From: a virus
Length of the DNA: 55,212 nt
Direction: 5' to 3' (one strand)
IMG/VR virus record: IMGVR_UViG_3300046507_000356
Span: 1 to 55,212 of that record
Shown here: piece after piece, positions 17,695 through 25,924 of the stretch
Layout of the letters: each line of letters starts with the position of its first letter
Numbering within the stretch: position 1 is the stretch's first letter
The notes under the pieces: generated by a model
What the model saw: only the letters and a program-made list of their open reading frames with translations
Databases searched by the model: none
What the model was told of the DNA's origin: nothing
Made by a program: the position numbers and the translations under genes

Positions 17695-18374
17695 AAGAGC
17701 GTCCAATCCTTTTCAATGGCGCGATGGTGCGCGCGCTGCTCGACGGCAGCAAGACGCAGACGCGGCGGGTGATGAAGCCGCAGCCTGAGCCGACGCCAGC
17801 CGACTATCCAGGCCCGGCCGGGCACTGGTGGCCATCGAATGAAGTTCAGTCGATGGTGCACGTCGAGCAGGCGATGCAGAACAAGCACGGTGGCTGGGGC
17901 GGCTTCGTAGAGACTTTATGCCCCTACGGCCAGCCAGGCGACCGTCTGTGGGTGCGCGAGACCTGGGCCGACTTGGCCGAGTTAAGCGACGGGAACTACG
18001 AGCGCCAGGCGATCTACCGCGCGGACGACATCGAGATGTACGGTGACGAGGACGAGCCGGTCAATGTGACCGCGCCCGACATGCGCTGGCGCCCGAGCAT
18101 CCACATGCCGCGCTGGGCCAGCCGCATCTTACTGGAGATCGTGTCGGTGCGTGTCGAGCGGCTGCAGGACATCAGCGAGGACGACGCAAAAGCCGAGGGT
18201 GCTTGGCCCGATCCATCTATCGTTCGAAAGGTGGCCGAGCACTTCAAGTGCGACATTTTCTCGGTCCGCCCATCGCTCGCGTATCGCATGCTATGGGAGA
18301 GCATCAACGGCGCCGGCAGCTGGGACGCTAACCCGTGGGTGTGGGTGGTCGAGTTCAAGCGGGTGACGCCATGA
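17691..18374 (+). CDS. Hypothetical protein (227 aa) with ASCH-like N-terminal motif
   Basis: ILFNGAMVRALLDGSKTQTRRV motif common in prophage proteins. Confidence 0.65.
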   Translation: MKERPILFNGAMVRALLDGSKTQTRRVMKPQPEPTPADYPGPAGHWWPSNEVQSMVHVEQAMQNKHGGWGGFVETLCPYGQPGDRLWVRETWADLAELSDGNYERQAIYRADDIEMYGDEDEPVNVTAPDMRWRPSIHMPRWASRILLEIVSVRVERLQDISEDDAKAEGAWPDPSIVRKVAEHFKCDIFSVRPSLAYRMLWESINGAGSWDANPWVWVVEFKRVTP

Positions 18375-18382
18375 CGGGCAAA

Positions 18383-18631
18383 TTACCGCACTTGCGTCTG
18401 AAATCCACCTTGGGTAGCGGCTATCTCGAATTCGCTTTGGACCCGGTTGCTGGTTTCCATGTACGCGCGGTTCCAGCCGAACCCAGTGATTGCGATGCCT
18501 TTGATGTCCGCGCCTCTAGCCCACTCCGGGTACGGCATGAAGGCCATGCCAGGGCCGTAGTCAGGGTGCTGCTGCAAGACCTCGTTCAGCTTTGCGATGT
18601 ACTGCTCTTCGTTCAGAGGTGGTTTCTTCAT
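18383..18631 (-). CDS. Reverse-oriented small protein (82 aa) embedded in the rightward operon
   Basis: Protein-like last 82 codons of the 421-aa antisense ORF (MKKPPLNEEQYIAKLNEVLQ...); GGAG RBS 5 nt upstream. Confidence 0.5.
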   Translation of the reverse strand: MKKPPLNEEQYIAKLNEVLQQHPDYGPGMAFMPYPEWARGADIKGIAITGFGWNRAYMETSNRVQSEFEIAATQGGFQTQVR

Positions 18632-19214
18632 GGCTGCTCCAGTGTCAAAAGGACATCCTAGCATGATGAGCAGAACGTCCCTAAAACCGGGCAAGCCGCT
18701 GCAGCGCAGGACGCCGATGTCACGCGGCAGCGGCTTCAAGACGCCATCCGCCGGCGCCGGTCTGCTGCGCGTCGCTGCCGTACAGGCTAAAGCAGCGTTC
18801 CCGCGAAACCGGGAACCGAAGCCGACGAAGCTGCCCAAGCCGATGAAGTCCCGCGGCATGAAGGGCAGGGTACCGACTGCGGAGGAAGCGCGCTTCATGG
18901 ATCGCATGGGCGCACTGCCTTGCATCGCCTGCCTTAAGGACGGCTGGACGAACCACGACATCAGTTTGCACCACCTGGATGGGCGTACGAAGCCGGGGGC
19001 GCACTTCCTGACGATTCCCCTATGCGCGCCGCACCACCAGCAGGACGACAGCGACCCGCGCGGGCGCATCAGCATCCATGGCCGTAAGGCGACGTTCCAG
19101 ACGCGATACGGCGCCCAGATGGATCTGCTGGTGGAGTGCATTGCGATGCTCGGGATTACGGAGGCGTCCTTGCTTAACTGTGACGACCACGAAAAATTTA
19201 TGGAGGCGGTATGA
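18630..19214 (+). CDS. Ref-like (RecA-dependent) HNH nuclease (194 aa; alternative start 18663)
   Basis: LPCIACL...ISLHHL...IPLCAPHH motif set; AGAGGTGG RBS before 18630. Confidence 0.65.
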   Translation: MAAPVSKGHPSMMSRTSLKPGKPLQRRTPMSRGSGFKTPSAGAGLLRVAAVQAKAAFPRNREPKPTKLPKPMKSRGMKGRVPTAEEARFMDRMGALPCIACLKDGWTNHDISLHHLDGRTKPGAHFLTIPLCAPHHQQDDSDPRGRISIHGRKATFQTRYGAQMDLLVECIAMLGITEASLLNCDDHEKFMEAV

Positions 19215-19699
19215 AAAAGCCGCGCAACAAGAAATACCGCCCCAAGGGCGTCACGAACAACGTGCTTTCGATCTTCGGTGGCATGAGCGACACCCATCGC
19301 AAAAAGCTGCAGGAAATCCAGACCCTCAACCACTTCGCAATGGTTGACCTGGCGCAGGGCCGCGGCACCCGTGAGCAGTGGAACCGCATCGTCGGCCCCG
19401 TCAACGTTGCAAACGTCATGTGTGAGATGGGAATCGGCGACGAGTTCCGCCAGACGACCATCGCCGCTCGCGACGCGTTGCTTGCCATCGGTAAGCGCGC
19501 CGTGGTCACCAATGACCGTTTCGTATGCACTGGTCCCGAGCTTACCGCCATCAATCACGCACTGGACTGCCATGACGCGCAGCTGGTGAACTCGCGTTCG
19601 ATCGACGTCGACCACGCAGCGATTGAGGTCGCGCGGCGCGTTCGCCACCGCATCAATAGCACGAGCGTGATGCGGGAGATCCGTAAGGAGGCTGCGTGA
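19211..19699 (+). CDS. Hypothetical protein (162 aa)
   Basis: ORF track; ATGA overlap. Confidence 0.65.
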   Translation: MKKPRNKKYRPKGVTNNVLSIFGGMSDTHRKKLQEIQTLNHFAMVDLAQGRGTREQWNRIVGPVNVANVMCEMGIGDEFRQTTIAARDALLAIGKRAVVTNDRFVCTGPELTAINHALDCHDAQLVNSRSIDVDHAAIEVARRVRHRINSTSVMREIRKEAA

Positions 19700-20376
19700 T
19701 GGTTACCCAAAGTTACTACACGGGCCCGCTCGCCCAGAGTCAGGAGCGGCGAATCGTGGAAAGTCTTGAGGCGGGCGCCAAGACGATGCATCAGCTTTGC
19801 GCCGCCCTTGGCCTGAAGGGGGGTGCTATCTCTGGTTACCTGCGGCATCTCCGTCAGGCGCCCCGCCGCGTGTACGTTTGCGGGCACGAGCCGCGACATG
19901 GTCGGGCGGCGTCGATCTTCGCAGCCGGCGATAAGCCGGATGTCGAATTCGTCCCACTTGCGCGCCCGGCGCCGAAGGTCAGCGCTGCCCAGCGCCGCCA
20001 GCAGGTCCTGGAGCTTCTGGTCGAGAAGCCGCGCTCCCGGGCCGAGCTCGCCGAATGTATGCATCTGGTGACGGAGGCTGCGGGTCGCTATGTGACCGAG
20101 TTGCGCCGTCCGGAGTGTCGGCAGCTGTACATCGTCGACTGGCGGCACCCGTCCGAGCTCCACCAGAGCAACCTGGGTGGCGACTGGACTCCGGTGTATG
20201 CCGTGGGCACAAAGCCGGACAAGAAAAAGCCGGTTGAGGGCAGGAGGGCGCGACACGCGCGGCTGCAGAAGGATCCGGAGTATCGCCACGCGCGCAACGT
20301 GAAGCGCCGCGCCCGATACGCAGTCGAGAAGCACACCAAGAAAAAACAAGGAATCTTCGCAGCCCTTGGGCTGTGA
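19696..20376 (+). CDS. Hypothetical protein with two winged-helix-like repeats and a basic tail (226 aa)
   Basis: Two similar segments (...MHQLCAALGLKGGAISGYLRHL... / ...RAELAECMHLVTEAAGRYVTEL...). Confidence 0.65.
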   Translation: MMVTQSYYTGPLAQSQERRIVESLEAGAKTMHQLCAALGLKGGAISGYLRHLRQAPRRVYVCGHEPRHGRAASIFAAGDKPDVEFVPLARPAPKVSAAQRRQQVLELLVEKPRSRAELAECMHLVTEAAGRYVTELRRPECRQLYIVDWRHPSELHQSNLGGDWTPVYAVGTKPDKKKPVEGRRARHARLQKDPEYRHARNVKRRARYAVEKHTKKKQGIFAALGL

Positions 20377-20390
20377 ATTCGGAGGAAATC

Positions 20391-21110
20391 ATGGGAAGCA
20401 TGCTGAATTTGCAAACCATCGGCGCCGGCGAGGCAACGATGTCGAGCCGCGAGATCGCCGAGATGACGAATAAGCGTCACGACAACGTGATGCGTGCGTG
20501 TCGCGACCTGAAGGCTACTGGTGTGACTCCTCAGATTGAGGAATGCCGTGTAATCAATGACTTAGCTGGCGGACGTGAGTTTACGGAGTTCCTGCTGAAC
20601 AAGCGCGACTCGCTCATCCTGGTTGCGCGCCTGTCGCCAGAGTTCACAGGCCGTGTCGTCGATCGATGGATCGAACTCGAAAAGCGTGCGCAAACCCCTG
20701 CCGAACTGTCTAGGCTCCAGATTCTTGAGATGGCCATGGAGTCCGAGCGTGAGCGTCTCGCGCTTGCCGAGCAGGTTGAGGCGGCAAAGCCGGCAGTGGA
20801 GTTCGTCCAGCGATACGCCGATTCGACGGGCACGAAGGGCTTTCGCCAGGTCGCCAAGCTGTTGGGCGCAAACGAGAACCTGTTCCGTGAGTTCCTCATC
20901 GAGCAGAAGATCCTGTACCGGCTGAACGGCGAACTGACGCCGCACGCCCAACACATCGACGCCGGCCGCTTCTGCGTGAAGGCAGGGACGGCGCAGAACA
21001 GCGGCCATGCGTTCAACTCGGCGCGCTTTACACCTAAGGGCGTTACATGGGTCGCCGGTGAGTGGGCGAAGTGGCAGCTGAAGCAGCGCGAGGAGGGTAG
21101 CCATGTGTGA
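20391..21110 (+). CDS. Rha-family regulator / KilAC-domain antirepressor-like protein
   Basis: N-terminus MSSREIAEMTNKRHDNVMR (Rha), C-terminus ...FVQRYADSTGTKGFRQVAK... (KilAC); GGAGGA RBS before 20391. Confidence 0.75.
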   Translation: MGSMLNLQTIGAGEATMSSREIAEMTNKRHDNVMRACRDLKATGVTPQIEECRVINDLAGGREFTEFLLNKRDSLILVARLSPEFTGRVVDRWIELEKRAQTPAELSRLQILEMAMESERERLALAEQVEAAKPAVEFVQRYADSTGTKGFRQVAKLLGANENLFREFLIEQKILYRLNGELTPHAQHIDAGRFCVKAGTAQNSGHAFNSARFTPKGVTWVAGEWAKWQLKQREEGSHV

Positions 21111-21831
21111 CGCCTCGATCCTTAACGCACTGCTGGAGCAAGCGCGGTCGGCGCCAGAGGTCACGGTGAAGTCGGAAATCCTGCTTCAATTGCTTGATCC
21201 TGTGATGATCGTCACATTAAACGGAGTTAAGAAGCGAGCAAAGCGCGAAAAGGCACCGGTCAATCCGGATGACGAGAAGTGCGCGCGATGGCTGTTCAAG
21301 GTACTGCAGGTGACGGCGCCAAAAGCCAAAGAGCCGAACTTCACGACGTGGACCAACGAAGTGCGCCTGATGCGCGAGCGGGACGACCGCACGCACAAGG
21401 AGGTCTGCGAGCTATTCCTGTGGGCTCACAAGAGCGACTTCTGGCGCGGGAACATCCTCTCGCCGAAGAACCTGCGCGAGCACTGGGACCGGCTCACGAT
21501 CCAGAAGGACACGGCCGAGGATCCCAGGAAGGCGAATGCCGCGTGGTGGCTGTCCGACGAAGCGAAGCTTGCGAAGGCGATGGAGGTCGGCGTGGGCCCA
21601 GCGCATAGCGGCGAGTCGTCAGCAAACTGGGAGGCTCGCATTCGTGCGGCGATCGACAACGGCGGGAAGCCGCCGGCGCCCATCTCGATGATTCGACCGC
21701 AGGCCGGCCCAACGTCGCTCGCTGACCTGGCGCAGGCAGTCGAACCGGTGCGACGAGCAGGAAAGCCGGAGGGGCTCGTCCAGATGATGAAAGAAATCGG
21801 CCAGATCGCGCCGCGAGGAAGGGCCGCATGA
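21103..21831 (+). CDS. Hypothetical protein (242 aa)
   Basis: ORF track. Confidence 0.65.
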   Translation: MCDASILNALLEQARSAPEVTVKSEILLQLLDPVMIVTLNGVKKRAKREKAPVNPDDEKCARWLFKVLQVTAPKAKEPNFTTWTNEVRLMRERDDRTHKEVCELFLWAHKSDFWRGNILSPKNLREHWDRLTIQKDTAEDPRKANAAWWLSDEAKLAKAMEVGVGPAHSGESSANWEARIRAAIDNGGKPPAPISMIRPQAGPTSLADLAQAVEPVRRAGKPEGLVQMMKEIGQIAPRGRAA

Positions 21832-22106
21832 CTGTCATTGCCGCTGACTGCTGCGCCCGCTGCAAGCACTTCAAGATGAAGGAGTACCCGGACCATGCGC
21901 GAGTAGGGCTCGGGCGATGCATGGGGTACGACAACGCCCAGCCGCTAACAAATCCGTTCGTTCCATGGCAGACCAAGCCCTGCCGTCGATTCTTCAGGGC
22001 GCCGGATTTCGTGGTCCGGCAGGAGTGGATAGACAAGCAGTTGGCGAAGAAAGAGAAGACGCAAACCTCAACCGAAGCCGGAATTCCGGCATCGACAACA
22101 ACCTGA
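21828..22106 (+). CDS. Hypothetical Cys-rich protein (92 aa)
   Basis: CCARCKHF...GRCMG motif. Confidence 0.6.
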   Translation: MTVIAADCCARCKHFKMKEYPDHARVGLGRCMGYDNAQPLTNPFVPWQTKPCRRFFRAPDFVVRQEWIDKQLAKKEKTQTSTEAGIPASTTT

Positions 22107-22115
22107 AAGGCAGAC

Positions 22116-22736
22116 ATGAACGACCAAGAAATCGAGCGGGAAATCCAGGCCAAGGGCAAGACCGCGCCGCGCATCACGCCGGCGAACATCGAGGCGAACA
22201 TCGCCAGCGAGCACTACTTCACGGCTGAGCAAGGCGCGGCGATGGCAACGGCGGACCAGACCGGCGAGGTGGCGCACCCACAGCCGCCCGCGCTGCGCCT
22301 GCTGACGTTCTGCGTGTTGGTCCTGCGCAACGGCTTCACGGTCACCGGCGAGAGCGCGTGCGCCAGCCCTGAGAACTTCGACGCCGAGATCGGCCGCAAC
22401 ATCGCGCGCCAGAACGCCGTGCAGAAGATCTGGCCGCTGATGGGGTACGAGCTGAAGCAGCGCCTATGCATGGCCAAGGCGTACGAAGACGGCAAACAAG
22501 CGGCTATGGAAGCCTTCGGCACGCCTAGCGGTCTGCAGCCGCACCAGCAGCGCGTAGTCGATGAGAAGGCCGAACTTGATGGGCGCTGGAAGAAACTTGG
22601 TGCGTTTTTTGGGTCCACGACTTTCGTCGGCTTGGATGCGGAGGAGCAGTCGCGCCAGCGCCAACAATTCCACGCCATGACTTTGTACTCCGCCATTCTC
22701 GGGGAGCGAATTGAGGCGTTCGCAGTTCCCGCCTGA
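22116..22736 (+). CDS. Gp49/Gp66-family phage protein with C-terminal extension
   Basis: ITPANIEANIASEHYFT...LTFCVLVLRNGFTVTGESACASPENFDAEIGRNIA. Confidence 0.7.
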   Translation: MNDQEIEREIQAKGKTAPRITPANIEANIASEHYFTAEQGAAMATADQTGEVAHPQPPALRLLTFCVLVLRNGFTVTGESACASPENFDAEIGRNIARQNAVQKIWPLMGYELKQRLCMAKAYEDGKQAAMEAFGTPSGLQPHQQRVVDEKAELDGRWKKLGAFFGSTTFVGLDAEEQSRQRQQFHAMTLYSAILGERIEAFAVPA

Positions 22737-22797
22737 CCAAAGCATGCCGCCTGGCCAGCCCGGGCGGCAACAACAACAACGAAATGAAAGGGAAGTC

Positions 22798-23022
22798 ATG
22801 GAAAAGTTTGTCGCGTTTATCGGTGTTCTCGCGATTGCCATCGCGATCTGGTTCGGAGTCATGTGGGGCCTATGGTCGCTGTGGGCCTGGGTCTTGCCGC
22901 AGGTGTACGCGAGCGGCCCGCGCAACGTGGTGGCACCTAGCTTCTGGCTGTTCGCCGGCTGCTGGACCTTAATGGTGATGATTGGCCGGGCGCTCTTCGG
23001 CAATCGCTCGAAGGAGGATTGA
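22798..23022 (+). CDS. Small membrane protein (74 aa)
   Basis: MEKFVAFIGVLAIAIAIWFGVMWGLWSLWAW...; AAGGGAAG RBS. Confidence 0.55.
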   Translation: MEKFVAFIGVLAIAIAIWFGVMWGLWSLWAWVLPQVYASGPRNVVAPSFWLFAGCWTLMVMIGRALFGNRSKED

Positions 23023-23026
23023 TAAC

Positions 23027-23500
23027 ATGGAAGACGCGCACGAAATGCTTACGTACCACGCGCTCGAAGGTGCGAAGCCGAGCAACCCGAAAGACATGGT
23101 GGGCATGCGCAAGGCGCCGATGTCGACCGTCCCGGCAAACGTCCTGGCGGAACTTGGCGTGGCCATGCTGGAGGGCACGTGCAAGTATGGCCGCCATAAT
23201 TACAGGGCCGTCGGCGTGCGCGGTTCGGTGTACTACGATGGCACGATGCGCCACCTGATGGCGTGGTGGGAGGGCGAAGACATCGATCCCGATTCGGGAA
23301 TGTCGCACATCACGAAGGCGATCACGTCGCTGATTGTGCTGCGCGACGCAATGATCCAAGGGAAGTTCACCGACGACCGCCCGCCGCGCTCGAAGCCGTT
23401 CTACCCGAGCCTGAACGCGTGCGCCGCCGCCATCGTCGATCGCTACGCCGACCGCAACCCGACTCACTACACGATCACGTTCACGGGGCTTGACGAATGA
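23027..23500 (+). CDS. DUF5664-like protein (dATP/dGTP diphosphohydrolase N-domain family)
   Basis: ...GTCKYGRHNY...HLMAWWEGEDIDPDSGMSHITKA pattern; GGAGGA RBS. Confidence 0.6.
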   Translation: MEDAHEMLTYHALEGAKPSNPKDMVGMRKAPMSTVPANVLAELGVAMLEGTCKYGRHNYRAVGVRGSVYYDGTMRHLMAWWEGEDIDPDSGMSHITKAITSLIVLRDAMIQGKFTDDRPPRSKPFYPSLNACAAAIVDRYADRNPTHYTITFTGLDE

Positions 23501-23751
23501 CCCAAAGCCGACTCGAATCCCTGATCGAAGCCGTCATCAACACGTGCATCGGCTTCTCAATTAACTACCTGGCCAACCCTCTGATCTTCCCGCTGTTCGG
23601 GTTTCACATCAACCCAGGAGCGAACTTCCTAATGGGCCTGATCTACACGGTTATTAGTGTGGCGCGCTCGTACTGCATCCGGCGCTGGTTCAATGCCCGC
23701 CTGCACCGCCTGGCGGCCGCTGTGGCGACGTCAATTGAGGTTCGTCAGTGA
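23497..23751 (+). CDS. Small membrane protein (84 aa)
   Basis: Two hydrophobic segments; ATGA overlap. Confidence 0.6.
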   Translation: MTQSRLESLIEAVINTCIGFSINYLANPLIFPLFGFHINPGANFLMGLIYTVISVARSYCIRRWFNARLHRLAAAVATSIEVRQ

Positions 23752-24230
23752 ACAGCGGCATTCTAGCGATCGACCCGGGCCCGACTCAATCGGGCTGGGT
23801 TATTTACGACGCGGGCCGCGTGGCAGCATCCGGCGTATCCGAAAACGATGAAATGCTCACGACCGTCAAGCATTCGCCAGTTGAGCGCCTCGCCATTGAA
23901 ATGATTGCGTCTTACGGTATGGCCGTCGGGCGCGAGGTGTTCGAGACGTGTGTATGGATTGGTCGCTTCCAGCAGGCTTGGCGCGCCCCGGGCGAAGTAG
24001 AGCTTGTGTATCGAAAGGACGTCAAGCTTTATCTGTGCGGAACGCCGAAGGCAAAGGACGCCAATGTTCGGCAGGCGCTGCTAGATATGTTTCCTCGAGC
24101 CGGCGGCGGCAAGACGCCGCAGATCGGCACCAAGGCGCAGCCTGGCCCGCTGTTCGGCGTGTCGAGTCATGCCTGGCCGGCGTTGGGTGTAGCAATCACT
24201 GCGATAGCTGCGGCGGATCAGGTCGCGTAG
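23748..24230 (+). CDS. RuvC-like Holliday junction resolvase
   Basis: GILAIDPGPTQSGWV N-terminal catalytic-Asp motif; last gene of the early operon. Confidence 0.75.
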   Translation: MNSGILAIDPGPTQSGWVIYDAGRVAASGVSENDEMLTTVKHSPVERLAIEMIASYGMAVGREVFETCVWIGRFQQAWRAPGEVELVYRKDVKLYLCGTPKAKDANVRQALLDMFPRAGGGKTPQIGTKAQPGPLFGVSSHAWPALGVAITAIAAADQVA

Positions 24231-24235
24231 GCGAC

Positions 24236-24862
24236 CTAGCGAAAGTAGTCCGCTGAATCATATAGCGGGCTCAAAAGCTTTCTAAGCTGCTCGAGGCATC
24301 GATTGACGTCGTCGATTGATTTCGCAAGCTCACGGCGGAGAGTATCTTGTCGATGCGTGATGAACTTCACCCTTTTAGCGGTATAGAGTTCGCCTAACCA
24401 TTCGCCCATTCGGGCGTGGCGGGCGGCAATGCGCTGCAACCGCGGCGCGACGTGATCAGGCAACACCGCAAACGGTAGAATCTCGTCTCGTGTCCAGAGT
24501 GCAGTATTTTCGAACCAATGACGGCATTCAAGCAGTCGAAGTTCTGGTATTTCGCCGGCACTCCCAATTTTTTCCGAAGTTCCCTCAAGCATCCCATGAT
24601 ACGTCTTAAGCCGATCAAATAGCTCGGCGGCAGCCACTGTTGCTAGGTTGAGCTCTGTCCGACGTTCCTTCCGCCGCTCACTGGTGGCAATCCAAATGGT
24701 GCCGGCAAATGCTGCAATTGTTCCAAGGGCGCCTATCCATTCAGGCTTTTTGTCTTCCCAGGCCGGCAGCTGGGCAATGATCATGACTATGCAAAGTACA
24801 GCAATGGTCGTGAATGCAGTGACCGCAGCATAGGCCCATATTCTTCCGTCGCGTGATGACAT
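24236..24862 (-). CDS. Moron: two-TM N-terminus plus helical cytoplasmic domain (208 aa), function unknown
   Basis: AYAAVTAFTTIAVLCIVMIIA and IGALGTIAAFAGTIWIA; visibly lower GC than the flanks. Confidence 0.7.
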   Translation of the reverse strand: MSSRDGRIWAYAAVTAFTTIAVLCIVMIIAQLPAWEDKKPEWIGALGTIAAFAGTIWIATSERRKERRTELNLATVAAAELFDRLKTYHGMLEGTSEKIGSAGEIPELRLLECRHWFENTALWTRDEILPFAVLPDHVAPRLQRIAARHARMGEWLGELYTAKRVKFITHRQDTLRRELAKSIDDVNRCLEQLRKLLSPLYDSADYFR

Positions 24863-24942
24863 TGTGGAGTTGTTTGCGTTATGGAAAAAATATTGTATCC
24901 GAGCGAGCCCGCGGCTGGAGTAATAAAACGATTACAACACGC

Positions 24943-24971
24943 TTGACTATCTGTAATCAGTCGATTACAAT
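24943..24971 (+). promoter_or_regulatory. TA-operon promoter TTGACT-17-TACAAT with operator palindrome TGTAATC-N4-GATTACA (24952-24969)
   Basis: Near-consensus hexamers; a third GATTACA at 24930-24936. Confidence 0.65.
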
Positions 24972-24995
24972 AGCTTCACTGGTTCAGCAAAGCCA

Positions 24996-25010
24996 GGTTG
25001 AACAGAAAGG
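24996..25010. repeat. Left arm of the 15-bp perfect inverted repeat (GGTTGAACAGAAAGG) flanking the TA cassette
   Basis: Exact reverse complement of 25774-25788. Confidence 0.9.
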
Positions 25011-25016
25011 AGGCAG

Positions 25017-25310
25017 ATGGAAATAAGGCAGCATCCGAAGTTTCAGGAGTTCTTCGCTGAAGTAAAGGATGCAGTAACAAAAGCCAAGCTCCTCGCAAGC
25101 ATCAAGAGGCTGGCAGCTGGAAACCCCGGGAAAGCAAAATCAGTAGGCGAAGGGGTGATGGAGTTGAAGATAGATTACGGACCGGGTTGGAGAATCTACT
25201 ACACAAAGGTCGGTAACGAAATCGTGATGCTCCTGACCGGCGGATCGAAGAACGGGCAGCAACAAGACATCGAAGCTGCCAAGAAGTTGGCCCGGGAGAT
25301 CGGGCGGTAG
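25017..25310 (+). CDS. Type II toxin, RelE/HigB-like addiction module killer protein
   Basis: GEGVMELKIDYGPGWRIYYTKVGNEIVMLLTGGSKNGQQQDI pattern; AAGGAGG RBS. Confidence 0.85.
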   Translation: MEIRQHPKFQEFFAEVKDAVTKAKLLASIKRLAAGNPGKAKSVGEGVMELKIDYGPGWRIYYTKVGNEIVMLLTGGSKNGQQQDIEAAKKLAREIGR

Positions 25311-25372
25311 CAGAAGCCGGGGAGCGATCCCCGGCACTTTGAAGTAACGATAGAAAAATGCAAAGGGAAGCC

Positions 25373-25747
25373 ATGACAACCATTGATGATGATGCGGCTG
25401 CTGTCGATCTGAGTGGTTCGAAAATCGAACCATATCCAGTTTTTGACATCGCTGCGCACTTAGATTCGCCTGAGGTTGTAGCGGCGTACCTTAGCGAATT
25501 CTTTACGGAAGGCGATCCGGCCATGATCGCATCGGCGCTCAGTGATGCCGCGCGCGCGACGGGTATGCCCGTGGTTGCAGCTAAGTCTGGCCTGGCGCGC
25601 GAGGCGATCTACAAAGCGCTGCGGCCTGGCAGTCAGCCGCGGATGGAGACGATACTTCGGGTGCTTAAGGCGCTCGGGTATCAGTTGGTAGTGCAGCCAA
25701 TACCGGGCGCTGGCGAGGCATCCGAGGAGTCGGGCCCGGAAGTATAA
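25373..25747 (+). CDS. Type II antitoxin, HigA-family addiction module antidote protein (HTH)
   Basis: FDIAAHLDSPEVVAAYLSEFFTEGDPAMIASALSDAARATGM...REAIYKAL pattern. Confidence 0.85.
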   Translation: MTTIDDDAAAVDLSGSKIEPYPVFDIAAHLDSPEVVAAYLSEFFTEGDPAMIASALSDAARATGMPVVAAKSGLAREAIYKALRPGSQPRMETILRVLKALGYQLVVQPIPGAGEASEESGPEV

Positions 25748-25773
25748 TTCGCGCTATACAGATAACAAGCCAT

Positions 25774-25788
25774 CCTTTCTGTTCAACC
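25774..25788. repeat. Right arm of the 15-bp inverted repeat (CCTTTCTGTTCAACC)
   Basis: Exact reverse complement of 24996-25010. Confidence 0.9.
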
Positions 25789-25803
25789 AAATTTGCTACT
25801 TCG

Positions 25804-25829
25804 GCCCTCACTCGTTGAGGGCTTTTTTT
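25804..25829 (+). terminator. Intrinsic terminator of the TA operon
   Basis: GCCCTCA-ctcgt-TGAGGGC followed by T7. Confidence 0.75.
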
Positions 25830-25924
25830 CGTCTGCTGCGCCTTGCGATTTGGAAAATGTCGGAACAGACTGCAGGATTATGGCTGAGTGCTAAGCTGGC
25901 TCATCATTGCAGATGGGAAGTGCT

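Noticed and set aside
18632-19648. Upstream 339 codons of the 421-aa minus-strand ORF
   Set aside because: They overlap the Ref-like nuclease gene and the next plus-strand gene. Only the last 82 codons (18383..18631) look like a real gene with its own RBS.
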